From Bdellovibrionales bacterium (GTDB taxonomy: Bacteria > Bdellovibrionota > Bdellovibrionia > Bdellovibrionales > UBA1609): a stretch of 64,000 nt of DNA. Within the stretch, counting starts at the first letter, position 1. Every line of letters begins with the position of its first letter. A model generated the notes under the pieces. That model worked only from the letters and a program-made list of their open reading frames with translations, searched no databases and had not been told where the DNA came from. The DNA lies in the NCBI GenBank assembly GCA_019637855.1, contig JAHBUX010000003.1, positions 133,431 to 197,430 of the forward strand, given 5' to 3'. Positions 27,429 through 37,040 of the stretch are shown piece by piece. Made by a program: the position numbers and the translations under genes.

Positions 27429-28835
27429 TTAGAAAAGGGCGATCAGCTGGAGGACGAGTGCGAGTACCACGACGGGCGTGACGACATAGCGGAGCACGAA
27501 AATCCAATGCTTGAACAATCGCTCGCTGCCGGGAAGTTCCGGGTCGACGAACTCGGCCCGCACCAAATCTTGCTTCAACATCCAACACACCGCTTGGCTG
27601 ATCAAAAGAGCCGCAATCGGCAAACACCAGTTGATCAACGCCGCATCGAAGAAGCCCAACAAACCGTAACTACCGATACGCACATTGCTCAGCACGCTGG
27701 TCGACAACGCCGGCCCCACGGCCAGCACGAAACACACAGCCGCAACCAAAAAAGCGCCCTTCGGCCGCGGCATACGGCGAGCCTCGCGCCAGTTGGCCAC
27801 GACCGTTTCAAACAAACCAATGCTAGCGCCAAGCGAAGCCAAGTATAGGCAGAGGAAAAAGCCGACACCGAACCAATTGCCGCCGGGGATTTGCTTCACC
27901 AGATGAGGAACGGTCTGGAACAAGAGCTGCGGTCCGGAGAACTCCTGCCCACCATACACCACCAGCGGAAAAATCATCACACCGGCCCACAAAGAGATCA
28001 GCGAATCCAGCGTGCTCACGCGAAAGCCAGCCATCGGCAGATAAGCTTTCTCCGACAGATAACTGCCGAAGGTCACCATGCTGCCGAAGCCCACCGACAA
28101 AGTGAACAGCACGTGGCCTAAGGCCTGCCCGGCGGAAGCCAAGGTCAGCTTGGAAAAGTCAGGGTAAAACAAAAAGCGCAGAGCCTCGTGGGCCGACTCA
28201 AGGTTGAGCGACTTCACTGCCAACCCGATCACCAGCAACACAAAAGCCGGCATACAATAGCCGACCCATTTTTCTAAACCGAACTCCAAATCCTTGGCCA
28301 CAATAATGCCGACGGTGAGCAAATGCACACTGGTCAACAGCAGCTGCAGCCAACCGTTGTCGAGCAAAACTTTAAGCGCACCGTCGGGACGAAACCTTTC
28401 GGGATCGAAGGCCGACACCAAAAGCTGCATCAGAAAATGCAGCACCCAACCGGAGATCACCGCATAATAAGCCAGCACGATAATGGTGATCGCCATGCTG
28501 AAGCCACCCAAGTGCCTTAGCCCCAACCGCAGCCACGCCGGCGGTTGGCTGACCCGCTCACGAATATCGCGCACCTGGTACCGCTCGCCCAAGAGCTTGC
28601 CGACAGCCGGAATCAAAGAATTGCGTGAGATTTTGCCGAGCGCGAGCTCAGCGATCAGCAGAGGCATGCCGATCAAAAAAACCAAGAACAGATAGAGCAA
28701 CACGAAAGCGCCGCCCCCGTTTTCCACCGCCACGTAGGGAAAGCGCCACAGATTTCCCAAGCCAAAGGCCGAGCCAATAGCCACCAGGTAAAATCCAAAG
28801 CGCGTTCCAAAAACCGTGGTCTTGGAATCCCCCAC
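27429..28835 (-). CDS. Sodium-dependent transporter, neurotransmitter:sodium symporter (NSS/SNF) family
   Basis: 468 aa and polytopic. Has the NSS signature AIGSAFGLGNLWRFPY. The GTG start directly abuts the der stop (no intergenic base). Confidence 0.9.
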   Translation of the reverse strand: MGDSKTTVFGTRFGFYLVAIGSAFGLGNLWRFPYVAVENGGGAFVLLYLFLVFLIGMPLLIAELALGKISRNSLIPAVGKLLGERYQVRDIRERVSQPPAWLRLGLRHLGGFSMAITIIVLAYYAVISGWVLHFLMQLLVSAFDPERFRPDGALKVLLDNGWLQLLLTSVHLLTVGIIVAKDLEFGLEKWVGYCMPAFVLLVIGLAVKSLNLESAHEALRFLFYPDFSKLTLASAGQALGHVLFTLSVGFGSMVTFGSYLSEKAYLPMAGFRVSTLDSLISLWAGVMIFPLVVYGGQEFSGPQLLFQTVPHLVKQIPGGNWFGVGFFLCLYLASLGASIGLFETVVANWREARRMPRPKGAFLVAAVCFVLAVGPALSTSVLSNVRIGSYGLLGFFDAALINWCLPIAALLISQAVCWMLKQDLVRAEFVDPELPGSERLFKHWIFVLRYVVTPVVVLALVLQLIALF

Positions 28836-30158
28836 CTATTCGCCGCCCTTTTTCATAACGAAAATGCGCATGGGCACGCCTTTCAAGTCCCACTGTTCTT
28901 GAATCTTACGAATCAAAAAGCGGCGATAGGCCGGAGTTACCCCATCGGGATGATTAGCAAAGGCGATAAAGCTCGGCGGAGATTGGTTGGTCTGCGTGAG
29001 GTAGTAAAACTTCACGTTTTCGGTTCTATACACCGGCGACGGCGCCTGCTTGATCACTTCCGTAAAAAACTTGTTCAACTTCGACGTCGAGATACGAATC
29101 GCCAGTTTCTCGCGCAGGTCTTCGATCTTGCGGAACAGTTCCTCCAAGCCCGTTCCATTCTTGGCGCTGACGAAGGCCAAAGGAATATCGGAGAAATAAT
29201 GGAACTCACGCTCGACACGTTCGCGAAACCAATCACGAAAATTCTCATGCTGTTCACGGCCCAAATCGGTTTTGTTGGCCACGACGATAATCGCCTTATG
29301 CTCTTCCAAGCACATCTCAATAATGCGCGAATCCTGGTGCGACGGACCTTGGGTGCCGTCAATCACCAGAAGGATAAGATCGGATTTATGAACGGCATCG
29401 CGCGTCTTGAAGCCGGAGAGAACTTCAACCCCATCCTTCTGCTTACCCGCCCGCCGCAGACCGGCCGTGTCCGCCAGGATGTACTCTTTGCCATTGAATT
29501 CAAATTCCGCCTCCACCGCATCGACCGTGGTGCCGGCTAGTTCGGAAACGAGCATGCGCTTTTCACCCAGCAAGCGATTGGCCAAGGAGCTCTTGCCCGC
29601 GTTCGGTTTGCCCACGATGGCCAAGCGAAAACCATCGCGCACCGTATGCTCTTTGTCACCTAAGTGAGCCAGCAGCCACTCGACCACCACATCCACGTTG
29701 TAGTCGCGCTCGAAGGCCGCGGGGATCAGGTCCTCACCAAACTCATAGAAATCGGCCAAGTACTCATCGGGTTCCAAAGTGCGATCGCATTTGTTCACCA
29801 CGGTCACAAATGGAAGACCCGTGGCTTTGATGGTGCGATAGGCAACGCGATCTTCGGGCACAATGCCAGCGCGGCCATCGACGACAAAGATCACCAAATC
29901 GACGGAGTTCAAAAAATCCACCACAGTCTCGCGGATCAAAGGCGTGAAGCCATCTTTGCCTTCACTGATCCCTCCGGTATCGACCACTTCAAACGACTTA
30001 CCCCACCACTCGGTAGGCTCGATTTGAATGTCGCGAGTGACACCCGGTTCATCCTTAACCACAGCTTTACGACTGCGGGTCAAACGGTTGAAAAGAGTGC
30101 TCTTGCCCACATTGGGTCGGCCCACAAGGGCGACGCGCTTAAGCTTTTGGTACGACAT
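28836..30158 (-). CDS. der: Ribosome-associated GTPase Der (EngA), tandem G domains
   Basis: 440 aa. Two P-loops (GRPNVGKSTL and GKPNAGKSSL), two NKxD motifs (NKCD, NKTD) and a KH-like C-terminus. Confidence 0.95.
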   Translation of the reverse strand: MSYQKLKRVALVGRPNVGKSTLFNRLTRSRKAVVKDEPGVTRDIQIEPTEWWGKSFEVVDTGGISEGKDGFTPLIRETVVDFLNSVDLVIFVVDGRAGIVPEDRVAYRTIKATGLPFVTVVNKCDRTLEPDEYLADFYEFGEDLIPAAFERDYNVDVVVEWLLAHLGDKEHTVRDGFRLAIVGKPNAGKSSLANRLLGEKRMLVSELAGTTVDAVEAEFEFNGKEYILADTAGLRRAGKQKDGVEVLSGFKTRDAVHKSDLILLVIDGTQGPSHQDSRIIEMCLEEHKAIIVVANKTDLGREQHENFRDWFRERVEREFHYFSDIPLAFVSAKNGTGLEELFRKIEDLREKLAIRISTSKLNKFFTEVIKQAPSPVYRTENVKFYYLTQTNQSPPSFIAFANHPDGVTPAYRRFLIRKIQEQWDLKGVPMRIFVMKKGGE

Positions 30159-31038
30159 AGCCCAAGTCCTTCATCATGCCGGTGTTTTTCTGCCAGTTGG
30201 TTTTCGAAGTCACATTCAAATCCAAGTACACTTTACGACCCAAAAGCTTCTCCATCTCCTTGCGCGCCTCCGTGCCGATCTTCTTCAGCACAGAACCGCC
30301 CTTACCGATCACGATGGGGCGATGGTTCTCTTTAGCGACCATGATTTCTGCGATGATCTTCACCAACGCATCGCTCTCTTCATCAAAACGCATGATCCGC
30401 ACGGCCAAACCGAACGGCACCTCTTGGTGCAGAGTTTCGAAACATTTCTCACGCACGATCTCAGCGCACAGTTCGCGTGTCGGGCTTAAAGTGTAGAGCT
30501 CTTGATCGTAAAGAGGCGCGGTCGCCACCGGCAGCAGGGGCTTAATTGCCGCCAAAATCGATTCGCGAATGCTATCGGGTTCAGTCATCGCCGAACCCTG
30601 CACGACCTGAACACCAGAGTCGCTCAACCGTTCGCGCAAAATCTGCGGGCGATGCAAGAGCGGCAAGTCCGTTTTGTGAATGAGGGCGATCCAAGGCTTG
30701 CCCGACTCGCGCACAAGCTTGAGCATTTCGTCTAGGTGCTCGAGGCTTTTCTCATCCACGTTAAGCACGGCGATCAGCACATCGCTTTGCGTGATCACGT
30801 CATGGGCTTCATCGCGCAGAAACTGGTTCAACCCCGACTTGGCTTGCACCAATCCTGGAGCGTCCACGAATACCGCTTGCATATCTTCGCGCGTGACGAT
30901 GCCGATCACACGTCGACGCGTGGTCTGCGGCTTGGCGGTGACGATCGACACCTTCTCGCCGACCAAGGCGTTCATCAAGGTGCTCTTCCCCGAATTGGGT
31001 AAGCCGATCAATCCGACAAATCCGGCGTGATAACTCAT
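30139..31038 (-). CDS. era: GTPase Era
   Basis: 299 aa. P-loop GLPNSGKSTL, DAPG, HKTD and a C-terminal KH domain (IVIGKGGSVLKKIG). ATGA overlap with the rnc stop, and a 20-nt overlap with der. Confidence 0.95.
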   Translation of the reverse strand: MSYHAGFVGLIGLPNSGKSTLMNALVGEKVSIVTAKPQTTRRRVIGIVTREDMQAVFVDAPGLVQAKSGLNQFLRDEAHDVITQSDVLIAVLNVDEKSLEHLDEMLKLVRESGKPWIALIHKTDLPLLHRPQILRERLSDSGVQVVQGSAMTEPDSIRESILAAIKPLLPVATAPLYDQELYTLSPTRELCAEIVREKCFETLHQEVPFGLAVRIMRFDEESDALVKIIAEIMVAKENHRPIVIGKGGSVLKKIGTEARKEMEKLLGRKVYLDLNVTSKTNWQKNTGMMKDLGYVVPKA

Positions 31039-31739
31039 AAACTCTCTCCTAATTTTTCAATCGCTGAACGAGCCGCAGCCTGTTCGGCGTTTTTGCGCGA
31101 ACTACCCTCTCCACTACCCAAAACTTTTCCATCAACGATAACTTCAAAAACAAAATGTTTGGCATGCTCCGGCCCCTCACTCTGGGCCAGGCGGTACTCC
31201 GGCGTGACGTGAAAGCGCTTTTGCGTCCACTCCTGCAAGCGTGTTTTAAAATCCTGGGCGAACTCATTGTCCAATGACAAGGCCTTGACCTTGTCGTCAA
31301 ACTCGCGCGCGATCAGAGCCCGCGCGGCCTCCATCCCACCATCCATATAAACCGCGGCCACCAGCGCTTCAAATGCGCTGGCCAGCAGGCGCGGACGAGC
31401 GTTGTCTCGTTGCGCCTCTTCACTGCGCCCCAAGAACAAATAGCGGCCGAGCTCCCAGCTCTTGCCGATCTCAGCCAACGCCGCTTCATTCACCAGGCTG
31501 GCGCGCCATTTCGACAGCGTGCCCTCTTCCACATCGGGATAGGTGTTCATCAAGGTCTCTGACAGAACCAAATCCAAGACCGCATCGCCTAGAAATTCGA
31601 GGCGTTCAAAATGACCGGAACTGTCCTTCTTATGTTCAAAATGATAGCTGCGATGAGTGAGCGCCACGCGCAGCAACTGAGTGTTTTGAAAGCTATGGCC
31701 AAGGCGGCCCTGCAAAGTCTCAAACATGAGGTAGATCAT
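31035..31739 (-). CDS. rnc: Ribonuclease III
   Basis: 234 aa. RNase III signature ERLEFLGDAVLD and a C-terminal dsRBD (FVFEVIVDGKVLGSGEGSSRKNAEQAAA). An alternative ATG lies at 31727. Confidence 0.93.
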   Translation of the reverse strand: MIYLMFETLQGRLGHSFQNTQLLRVALTHRSYHFEHKKDSSGHFERLEFLGDAVLDLVLSETLMNTYPDVEEGTLSKWRASLVNEAALAEIGKSWELGRYLFLGRSEEAQRDNARPRLLASAFEALVAAVYMDGGMEAARALIAREFDDKVKALSLDNEFAQDFKTRLQEWTQKRFHVTPEYRLAQSEGPEHAKHFVFEVIVDGKVLGSGEGSSRKNAEQAAARSAIEKLGESL

Positions 31740-31793
31740 CCCGGGCTAAACAGCCCAACTTAGAGGGCTTTATAGCCAGGGTTAGGCGTTGCG

Positions 31794-33077
31794 TCAATAA
31801 GGGACTTGGCCGAGCAGTTGAGCGCCTTCTCCGACACCTGTAATGCGGATAAAGAGCTCCTTATTCATAGGGTAAGTCTGATCGCTCTTCACGCTCCAGT
31901 AATCCCTGGTCAGCAGACCGCCATTACGCAGGCTGAGGGCCTGTTTCAGCGACCCAACTTGGGCTGCGGCTTGCTCTGCCAGACGCGAGGCCGAGAGCTC
32001 GCGCAGCAGCTGTGCCCGCTTCTTGATGGAAACCGGGGGCACTAAATCCTTACGGCGAGCCGCAAAAGTGCCAGGGCGCTGCGAATAGGGAAATACATGC
32101 AATTTAGTCCACGGCAAACGGTGCAGGCGCTCAAGCGAGTCAAGAAACTCTTCGTCACTCTCGCCGGGGAAACCCGCGATCACATCCATCCCGACGTAGC
32201 TACCGGGGACTTTCTGATGGATAGCCAACAGCGATTCTTCGACCGCTTCGGCCGTGTATTGTCGCTTCATCTCGAACAGCACTTTGCTGTTGGCGCTTTG
32301 AATGCTCATATGAAAATGCCGGCACAGGCGTTCGTCGCCATAGAGCTCGAGCAAACGCGGGCTGAGCTCACCGGGCTCAAGGCTGCTCAAGCGCAGACGC
32401 GGAACCGTGGTTTGCTTTAAAACTTGCTCCACCAAATCCTCGAGCCCGTTTTCACCATCGCGATAGTCTGCGATATGCACTCCGGTCATCACAATCTCGC
32501 GCACGCCAGAGGCTTCTAACTCGCGCACGCGCGCCACGATCTCGCGCACGCCCAAACTGCGGCTCTTTCCACGCGCGAAAGGTATCACGCAGAAGGTGCA
32601 AAATGAATTGCAGCCATCTTGGATTTTCAGAAACGCACGTGTGTGCTCACGCTCCTCACCACCGCCGGCTTCCAGGTCTTCTTTCTTAAAAATATTCGAC
32701 TTGTGCACGCGGTCGCGCAAGGCGCCGCTGTAGTAATCGCGAATCAATTGCTCGAGCTGGCCTTTATGCGAATTGGCCACCACCAAATCCACACCAGGAA
32801 CATGAGTGAACTCTTCCGTGTCGACCTGAGCCGCGCAGCCCGTCACCACCACCAGCGCCAGCGGATTCTTAGCCTTCAAACGACGCGCCGTCTTCACGGC
32901 TTCGCGCGTGGCCTCCTTAGTCACTGCACAGGTGTTGAGGATATGCACCAATGGTTCTGGACCTGCCGTAGTCTCGGCGGCCGCGTCTTTAAATCCACTG
33001 CGCCGCAAGCGCGCTTGCAAGAGGCCAGAATCGTAGGTGTTGACCTTACAGCCATAAGTGTGGAGACGAAAATTCAT
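31794..33077 (-). CDS. mtaB: Radical-SAM methylthiotransferase of the MiaB/RimO/MtaB family (closest by motif to MtaB)
   Basis: 427 aa. N-terminal UPF0004 domain ([12 protein letters not shown]) and radical-SAM cluster [15 protein letters not shown]. Size and motif wording fit MtaB better than MiaB or RimO, so the subfamily call is tentative. Confidence 0.72.
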   Translation of the reverse strand: MNFRLHTYGCKVNTYDSGLLQARLRRSGFKDAAAETTAGPEPLVHILNTCAVTKEATREAVKTARRLKAKNPLALVVVTGCAAQVDTEEFTHVPGVDLVVANSHKGQLEQLIRDYYSGALRDRVHKSNIFKKEDLEAGGGEEREHTRAFLKIQDGCNSFCTFCVIPFARGKSRSLGVREIVARVRELEASGVREIVMTGVHIADYRDGENGLEDLVEQVLKQTTVPRLRLSSLEPGELSPRLLELYGDERLCRHFHMSIQSANSKVLFEMKRQYTAEAVEESLLAIHQKVPGSYVGMDVIAGFPGESDEEFLDSLERLHRLPWTKLHVFPYSQRPGTFAARRKDLVPPVSIKKRAQLLRELSASRLAEQAAAQVGSLKQALSLRNGGLLTRDYWSVKSDQTYPMNKELFIRITGVGEGAQLLGQVPY

Positions 33078-34192
33078 ACGATCCAGCCGCCGCCGATCAG
33101 CTGCCGCTCACGATACAGAACGGCCGCCTGGCCGGGCGTGATGGCCCGTTGAGGCTCGGTGAACTCGATGTCCAAAACATCTTCCCGGCGGCTTTTTACC
33201 CGAGCCAAAGCGCCTTTGTGTTGAAAGCGGATCTTCACTGTAAATTCATCGCCTTCCCGCACATCGCTCAACCAATTGGTGTTTTTCACGGTCAAAGTGC
33301 GGGAGTAAAGATGCTGCTCCTCACCCAACCAAACCGTATTGGTAGTGGCATCGATGCGCACCACATACAACGGTTGACCCGTGGCCACGCCCAAGCCTTT
33401 GCGTTGCCCATAAGTGAAGTGATGAATCCCTTGATGCGTCGCCAGTTGATCACCGGACGGGTAATGGCGAATCGCTCCCGGGCGCAGCAAATCCTTGGCC
33501 ACGTGCTCTTCAATAAACTGGGCGTAGCCGCCCTTACCGATAAAGCAAATGCCGGTGGAGTCTTTCTTTTTCGCCACGACCAGGTCACGCTCCGCCGCGA
33601 TCGCGCGCACTTCAGGCTTTTGCAAATGGCCGACGGGAAACAAAATATGCTTCAAGATATCTTTGCTCAGCGTGAACAAAAAGTAAGTCTGATCTTTCCA
33701 CGAGTCTTCGCTGGACACCAAGCGCGGATCGCCGTCTCGATCTTCGATCCGTGCGTAGTGGCCGGTGGCGATGTAATCACACTCGAGCTCCCGCATCTTC
33801 TGGATCAAATGATCGAATTTCAAATAGGTGTTGCAATTCGAGCAAGGGATCGGCGTACGACCCTCCAAATAAGACCCGATAAAATCATCGATCACGTAGG
33901 CCTGGAATTTGGCTTCGCAGTTGATCACATAAAACGGAATGCCCAATCGGTCGGCAACAGCGCGCGCATCATCCACGTCAGTGCTTGAACAGCAAGTGCC
34001 GTTGCCCTCTTGGATATCGCAAGCGTCGGCCGAGTAGTCCCACACTTGCATGGTGGCTCCGATCACGTCATAGCCTTGCTCCACGAGCAACGCCGCCGCC
34101 ACGGAGGAGTCCACGCCACCGCTCATGGCCACGAGGACCCGGCCTTTTTTGCTTTCGCCGAATTTATACGCCATAGGCAAAACACTCTCCAT
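33074..34192 (-). CDS. mnmA: tRNA-specific 2-thiouridylase MnmA
   Basis: 372 aa. PP-loop [11 protein letters not shown], catalytic Cys regions (IPCSNCN; DSTGICFIG) and KDQTYFL. ATGA overlap with the downstream methylthiotransferase. Confidence 0.93.
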   Translation of the reverse strand: MESVLPMAYKFGESKKGRVLVAMSGGVDSSVAAALLVEQGYDVIGATMQVWDYSADACDIQEGNGTCCSSTDVDDARAVADRLGIPFYVINCEAKFQAYVIDDFIGSYLEGRTPIPCSNCNTYLKFDHLIQKMRELECDYIATGHYARIEDRDGDPRLVSSEDSWKDQTYFLFTLSKDILKHILFPVGHLQKPEVRAIAAERDLVVAKKKDSTGICFIGKGGYAQFIEEHVAKDLLRPGAIRHYPSGDQLATHQGIHHFTYGQRKGLGVATGQPLYVVRIDATTNTVWLGEEQHLYSRTLTVKNTNWLSDVREGDEFTVKIRFQHKGALARVKSRREDVLDIEFTEPQRAITPGQAAVLYRERQLIGGGWIV

Positions 34193-35369
34193 GTTTGAAG
34201 CCGCGCAAACGATGCACGACGTTCTTCAGCTCATCCACGAACAGATCTATCTCTTCGCGCGTGGTGCCCCAACCCAAGCTGACGCGCAAACTGCTCTGCG
34301 CCTCCTCCCTAGTCAGGCCCATCGCCAGCAAAACCGGCGAAGGCTCAGGACTGCCCGAGCTGCAGGCCGCACCCGTGCTTACGGCAAAGCCTCGCACATC
34401 CAAGTTCATCAACAGAGTTTCACCATCAACGCCGTTCAGAATCATGCTTGAGGTGTTGGGCAAACGGCTCCCCAGCGGGCCGTTGACTTTCACGCCGCTG
34501 ATTTCCGAGAGAACGCGCGCTTCCATGTGATCGCGCAGTTCGCGTAAACGCAGAGCTTGCGGCAAAATCTCATCGGCCAAACCACAGACCCAACCGAAGC
34601 TGGCGATGCTCAGCAAGTTTTCCGTACCCGCGCGCCGACCACGCTCTTGAGCGCCGCCATCGATCAGACTTTTTAAATTCAAACCGCGCCGGGCATACAA
34701 AACCCCAGAGCCTTTTAACGAGTAAAATTTGTGGGCCGATAAGCTCACCAGATCCGCGCCAAGGTCGGGCAGATGCAGCGGAATTTTACCTAAAGCTTGA
34801 ACCGCATCACAATGCACCCAAGCGCCCACGGCATGCGCACGACGGGAGACATCATTGACCGGCATCAGATGACCGGTCTCATTGTTGGCGAGCATCACCG
34901 AGACCAAAAAGGTTTTCTCTGAGAGAAGCGCCTGTAAACCATCTATGTCGAGCTCACCATCACGGTTGACACCGATCACGTCGACGCGAAAACCGCGGCC
35001 GATCAGGGCTTCCGCCGTTTTGCGCAAAGACGGATGTTCGACTGCCGAGATCACGATTTGATCGCGACCGTTCACCGGTTTTTCGCACAGGCCTTTTAAA
35101 GCCAGGTTATTTGACTCACTGCCGCCACTGGTAAAAATCAGCTCCAGTGGCTGAACCCCGAGCAGACTTGCGATTTTTTGTTTACTGTCGCGATATAGAC
35201 TCTTCGGGCCACGACCGGCCCAATGAATCGAACTGGGATTTCCCCAAAACTCGGCCCACTCCGGCAACTTGGCGCGGATAGCGGGATGCAGCGGGGTAGT
35301 CGCATTATGATCTAGATAGATAGTTCTGAACACGGGGGGACGTTTAACACAAATAACACCTCGCTTCAA
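34164..35369 (-). CDS. Cysteine desulfurase (class I NifS/IscS-like, PLP-dependent)
   Basis: 401 aa. [13 protein letters not shown] lysine in [15 protein letters not shown] and the active-site loop STGAACSSG. Sits directly upstream of mnmA (sulfur relay context). Confidence 0.9.
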   Translation of the reverse strand: MKRGVICVKRPPVFRTIYLDHNATTPLHPAIRAKLPEWAEFWGNPSSIHWAGRGPKSLYRDSKQKIASLLGVQPLELIFTSGGSESNNLALKGLCEKPVNGRDQIVISAVEHPSLRKTAEALIGRGFRVDVIGVNRDGELDIDGLQALLSEKTFLVSVMLANNETGHLMPVNDVSRRAHAVGAWVHCDAVQALGKIPLHLPDLGADLVSLSAHKFYSLKGSGVLYARRGLNLKSLIDGGAQERGRRAGTENLLSIASFGWVCGLADEILPQALRLRELRDHMEARVLSEISGVKVNGPLGSRLPNTSSMILNGVDGETLLMNLDVRGFAVSTGAACSSGSPEPSPVLLAMGLTREEAQSSLRVSLGWGTTREEIDLFVDELKNVVHRLRGFKHGECFAYGV

Positions 35370-35437
35370 CCGCCGTCCCTTGGTCCAGGAAGTCCCTACT
35401 CACGTTAAGACTCACCCGCTTAAAGCCGAAGAGATCC

Positions 35438-36607
35438 GTGGGCATGAATAACTCGCAGACTTGGGTGGAAGCCCTTAATATTAATCCGGAAAAGCTAAAC
35501 GAGTGGAGCTCGCAAGCGCCCTCGGGCAAACCTTTGTTGGTATGGTGCCTGGAGGAAGGCCACGTGGATCTGCAGGAGTACCTCCTGTGGGCTTCGGAGC
35601 GTTTTGGTCTGCCCGTTCTTTCTAGCGCCTTTTTTGAATCTGGCGGCATGGACCCGCAATTCATGATCAGCCAACGTCATACCGGCAACTGGAGTCCCTG
35701 GTGTTTTCCTATCGATCGTTGGGACGGCATCACCTATGTCGCTTGCGTTGAGCCACCGGAAGAGCGCCACGCCGATGTTCGCTATGTACTGGCCGATCCA
35801 CGCGTGATGCTTGATGCTTGGGAAATGACGGGCACAGGTGTTCCAGTAGGTGAGGAAGCACCGATGCGTGAGTTGGATGCTCCGATCGGTATGAACCTGG
35901 AGACCAAGGCGTTCACGCTGAACTTCGATGATTCCATCATGCAACCGTCCACGGTAGCTGCACCAAAAAAACCCGAGGTCGCAAAGCCAACACCACAAGC
36001 ACCGCCGCCGCCGACGCCGGCGACTCCGGTAAAAACAGCACCTGTCGAAGAAAAAACCACCGTCGCCCAAATGCCTATTGTCGCCAACGACGATCTCGAC
36101 GCCACCCAGATCGACATGTCCGGAAAAACCATGCTGGTGCGACCGACCGCGCCGGTTGAAAAGCTCAATCTGCCCAGCAACGAAGCTCAAGCTTTACAAA
36201 AGGCCTTCGACTATCTAAACAAAATATATAAACACAGCTGTGTATTGCGCGTTAACGGCAACGACGCCAGCTTCTACAAAGCCGATGCCGCGCTGAAAGC
36301 GGACCCCTCCGCTCATATGGATCTGGAACAGCCCAGCTGCCTGCGCATCGTAATCAAAACCGGTTTGCCTTATCACGGCTACTTGGTCGACTCGCCCACT
36401 CACCGCGAGTTCTTCCGCGCCTTGGCAGGCAATGAGATGCCCGATTGCGTGACGGCGGTACCGCTCAAAGTGAATGGTCAGATCTGGGGCCTGCTGATGG
36501 CGCTCGGTACGGAAGAGCTGCAGAATCTGGAAACGCTAGGCATGGTGGAAGGCACTGCGGTGCAATTGATGACAGCGCTTGGGCCTACTTGGTCCCGGGC
36601 TTCTTAA
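35438..36607 (+). CDS. Hypothetical two-domain protein (T2SS-E N-terminal-like region, Pro-rich linker, GAF-like C-terminal region)
   Basis: 389 aa. The N-terminal pattern (EYLLWASERFGLPVLS...PWCFPIDRWDGITYVACVEPPEE) resembles the GspE/PilB N-domain. The linker is PKKPEVAKPTPQAPPPPTPATPVKTAP. The C-terminal pattern (IKTGLPYHGYLVDSPTHREFF...VTAVPLKVNGQIWGLLMALG) resembles GAF. Start is GTG 35438 or ATG 35444. Domain calls are by eye only. Confidence 0.65.
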   Translation: MGMNNSQTWVEALNINPEKLNEWSSQAPSGKPLLVWCLEEGHVDLQEYLLWASERFGLPVLSSAFFESGGMDPQFMISQRHTGNWSPWCFPIDRWDGITYVACVEPPEERHADVRYVLADPRVMLDAWEMTGTGVPVGEEAPMRELDAPIGMNLETKAFTLNFDDSIMQPSTVAAPKKPEVAKPTPQAPPPPTPATPVKTAPVEEKTTVAQMPIVANDDLDATQIDMSGKTMLVRPTAPVEKLNLPSNEAQALQKAFDYLNKIYKHSCVLRVNGNDASFYKADAALKADPSAHMDLEQPSCLRIVIKTGLPYHGYLVDSPTHREFFRALAGNEMPDCVTAVPLKVNGQIWGLLMALGTEELQNLETLGMVEGTAVQLMTALGPTWSRAS

Positions 36608-37040
36608 GAGTTACCGTCAGACGTCGTCCCTGCTCGCTGATTTTCTCCAAATTCAAAAACAAACGCTGCCAGGACTGCGGCCACACGTCTTCCGGCAAAC
36701 GATCGGCCCACTCGACAAATACCAGGCCTTGATCGGCCGCAAACAGATCCCAAAAGCCAGAGGCTTCCAAATCGCCATCGCTCTCCACGCGGTAAAGATC
36801 GACGTGATCCACACCCCCATAAGCGGTGCCGTACTCATGATGTATGGCGAAGGTGGGTGAAGCCACTTCACTGGCGCCAACCTCGCTGAGAAACCAGCGT
36901 ACGAACTGAGTTTTTCCGGCCCCCAAAGGCCCCGAAAGAAGCACCACGGAGGGCCGCTTCAATTCAGCAGCACAGGCTTTCACCCAAGCATGGGCCGCAA
37001 CCAGAGACGCAAGCTCGAACGAACCGTTTTGCAGCGCCAT
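36585..37040 (-). CDS. tsaE: tRNA threonylcarbamoyladenosine biosynthesis ATPase TsaE (YjeE)
   Basis: A 151-aa product from ATG 37040 with P-loop SGPLGAGKTQFVR and HVDLYR. That ATG overlaps the nnr stop by 1 nt (TGATG). The longer 186-aa ORF runs back into nnr. Confidence 0.85.
   Translation of the reverse strand: MALQNGSFELASLVAAHAWVKACAAELKRPSVVLLSGPLGAGKTQFVRWFLSEVGASEVASPTFAIHHEYGTAYGGVDHVDLYRVESDGDLEASGFWDLFAADQGLVFVEWADRLPEDVWPQSWQRLFLNLEKISEQGRRLTVTLKKPGTK

Noticed and set aside
33149-33988. 279-aa plus-strand ORF.
   Set aside because: It is antisense to mnmA, which has clear PP-loop and catalytic Cys motifs on the minus strand.
35495-36190. 231-aa minus-strand ORF opposite the 389-aa hypothetical gene. 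Because the sense gene is itself unassigned, the strand choice needed thought.
   Set aside because: The minus-strand translation contains RRRRRRRCLWCWLCDLGFFWCSY-type junk and has no start context. The plus-strand product has domain-like patterns, an N-terminal start context and GC3 bias.
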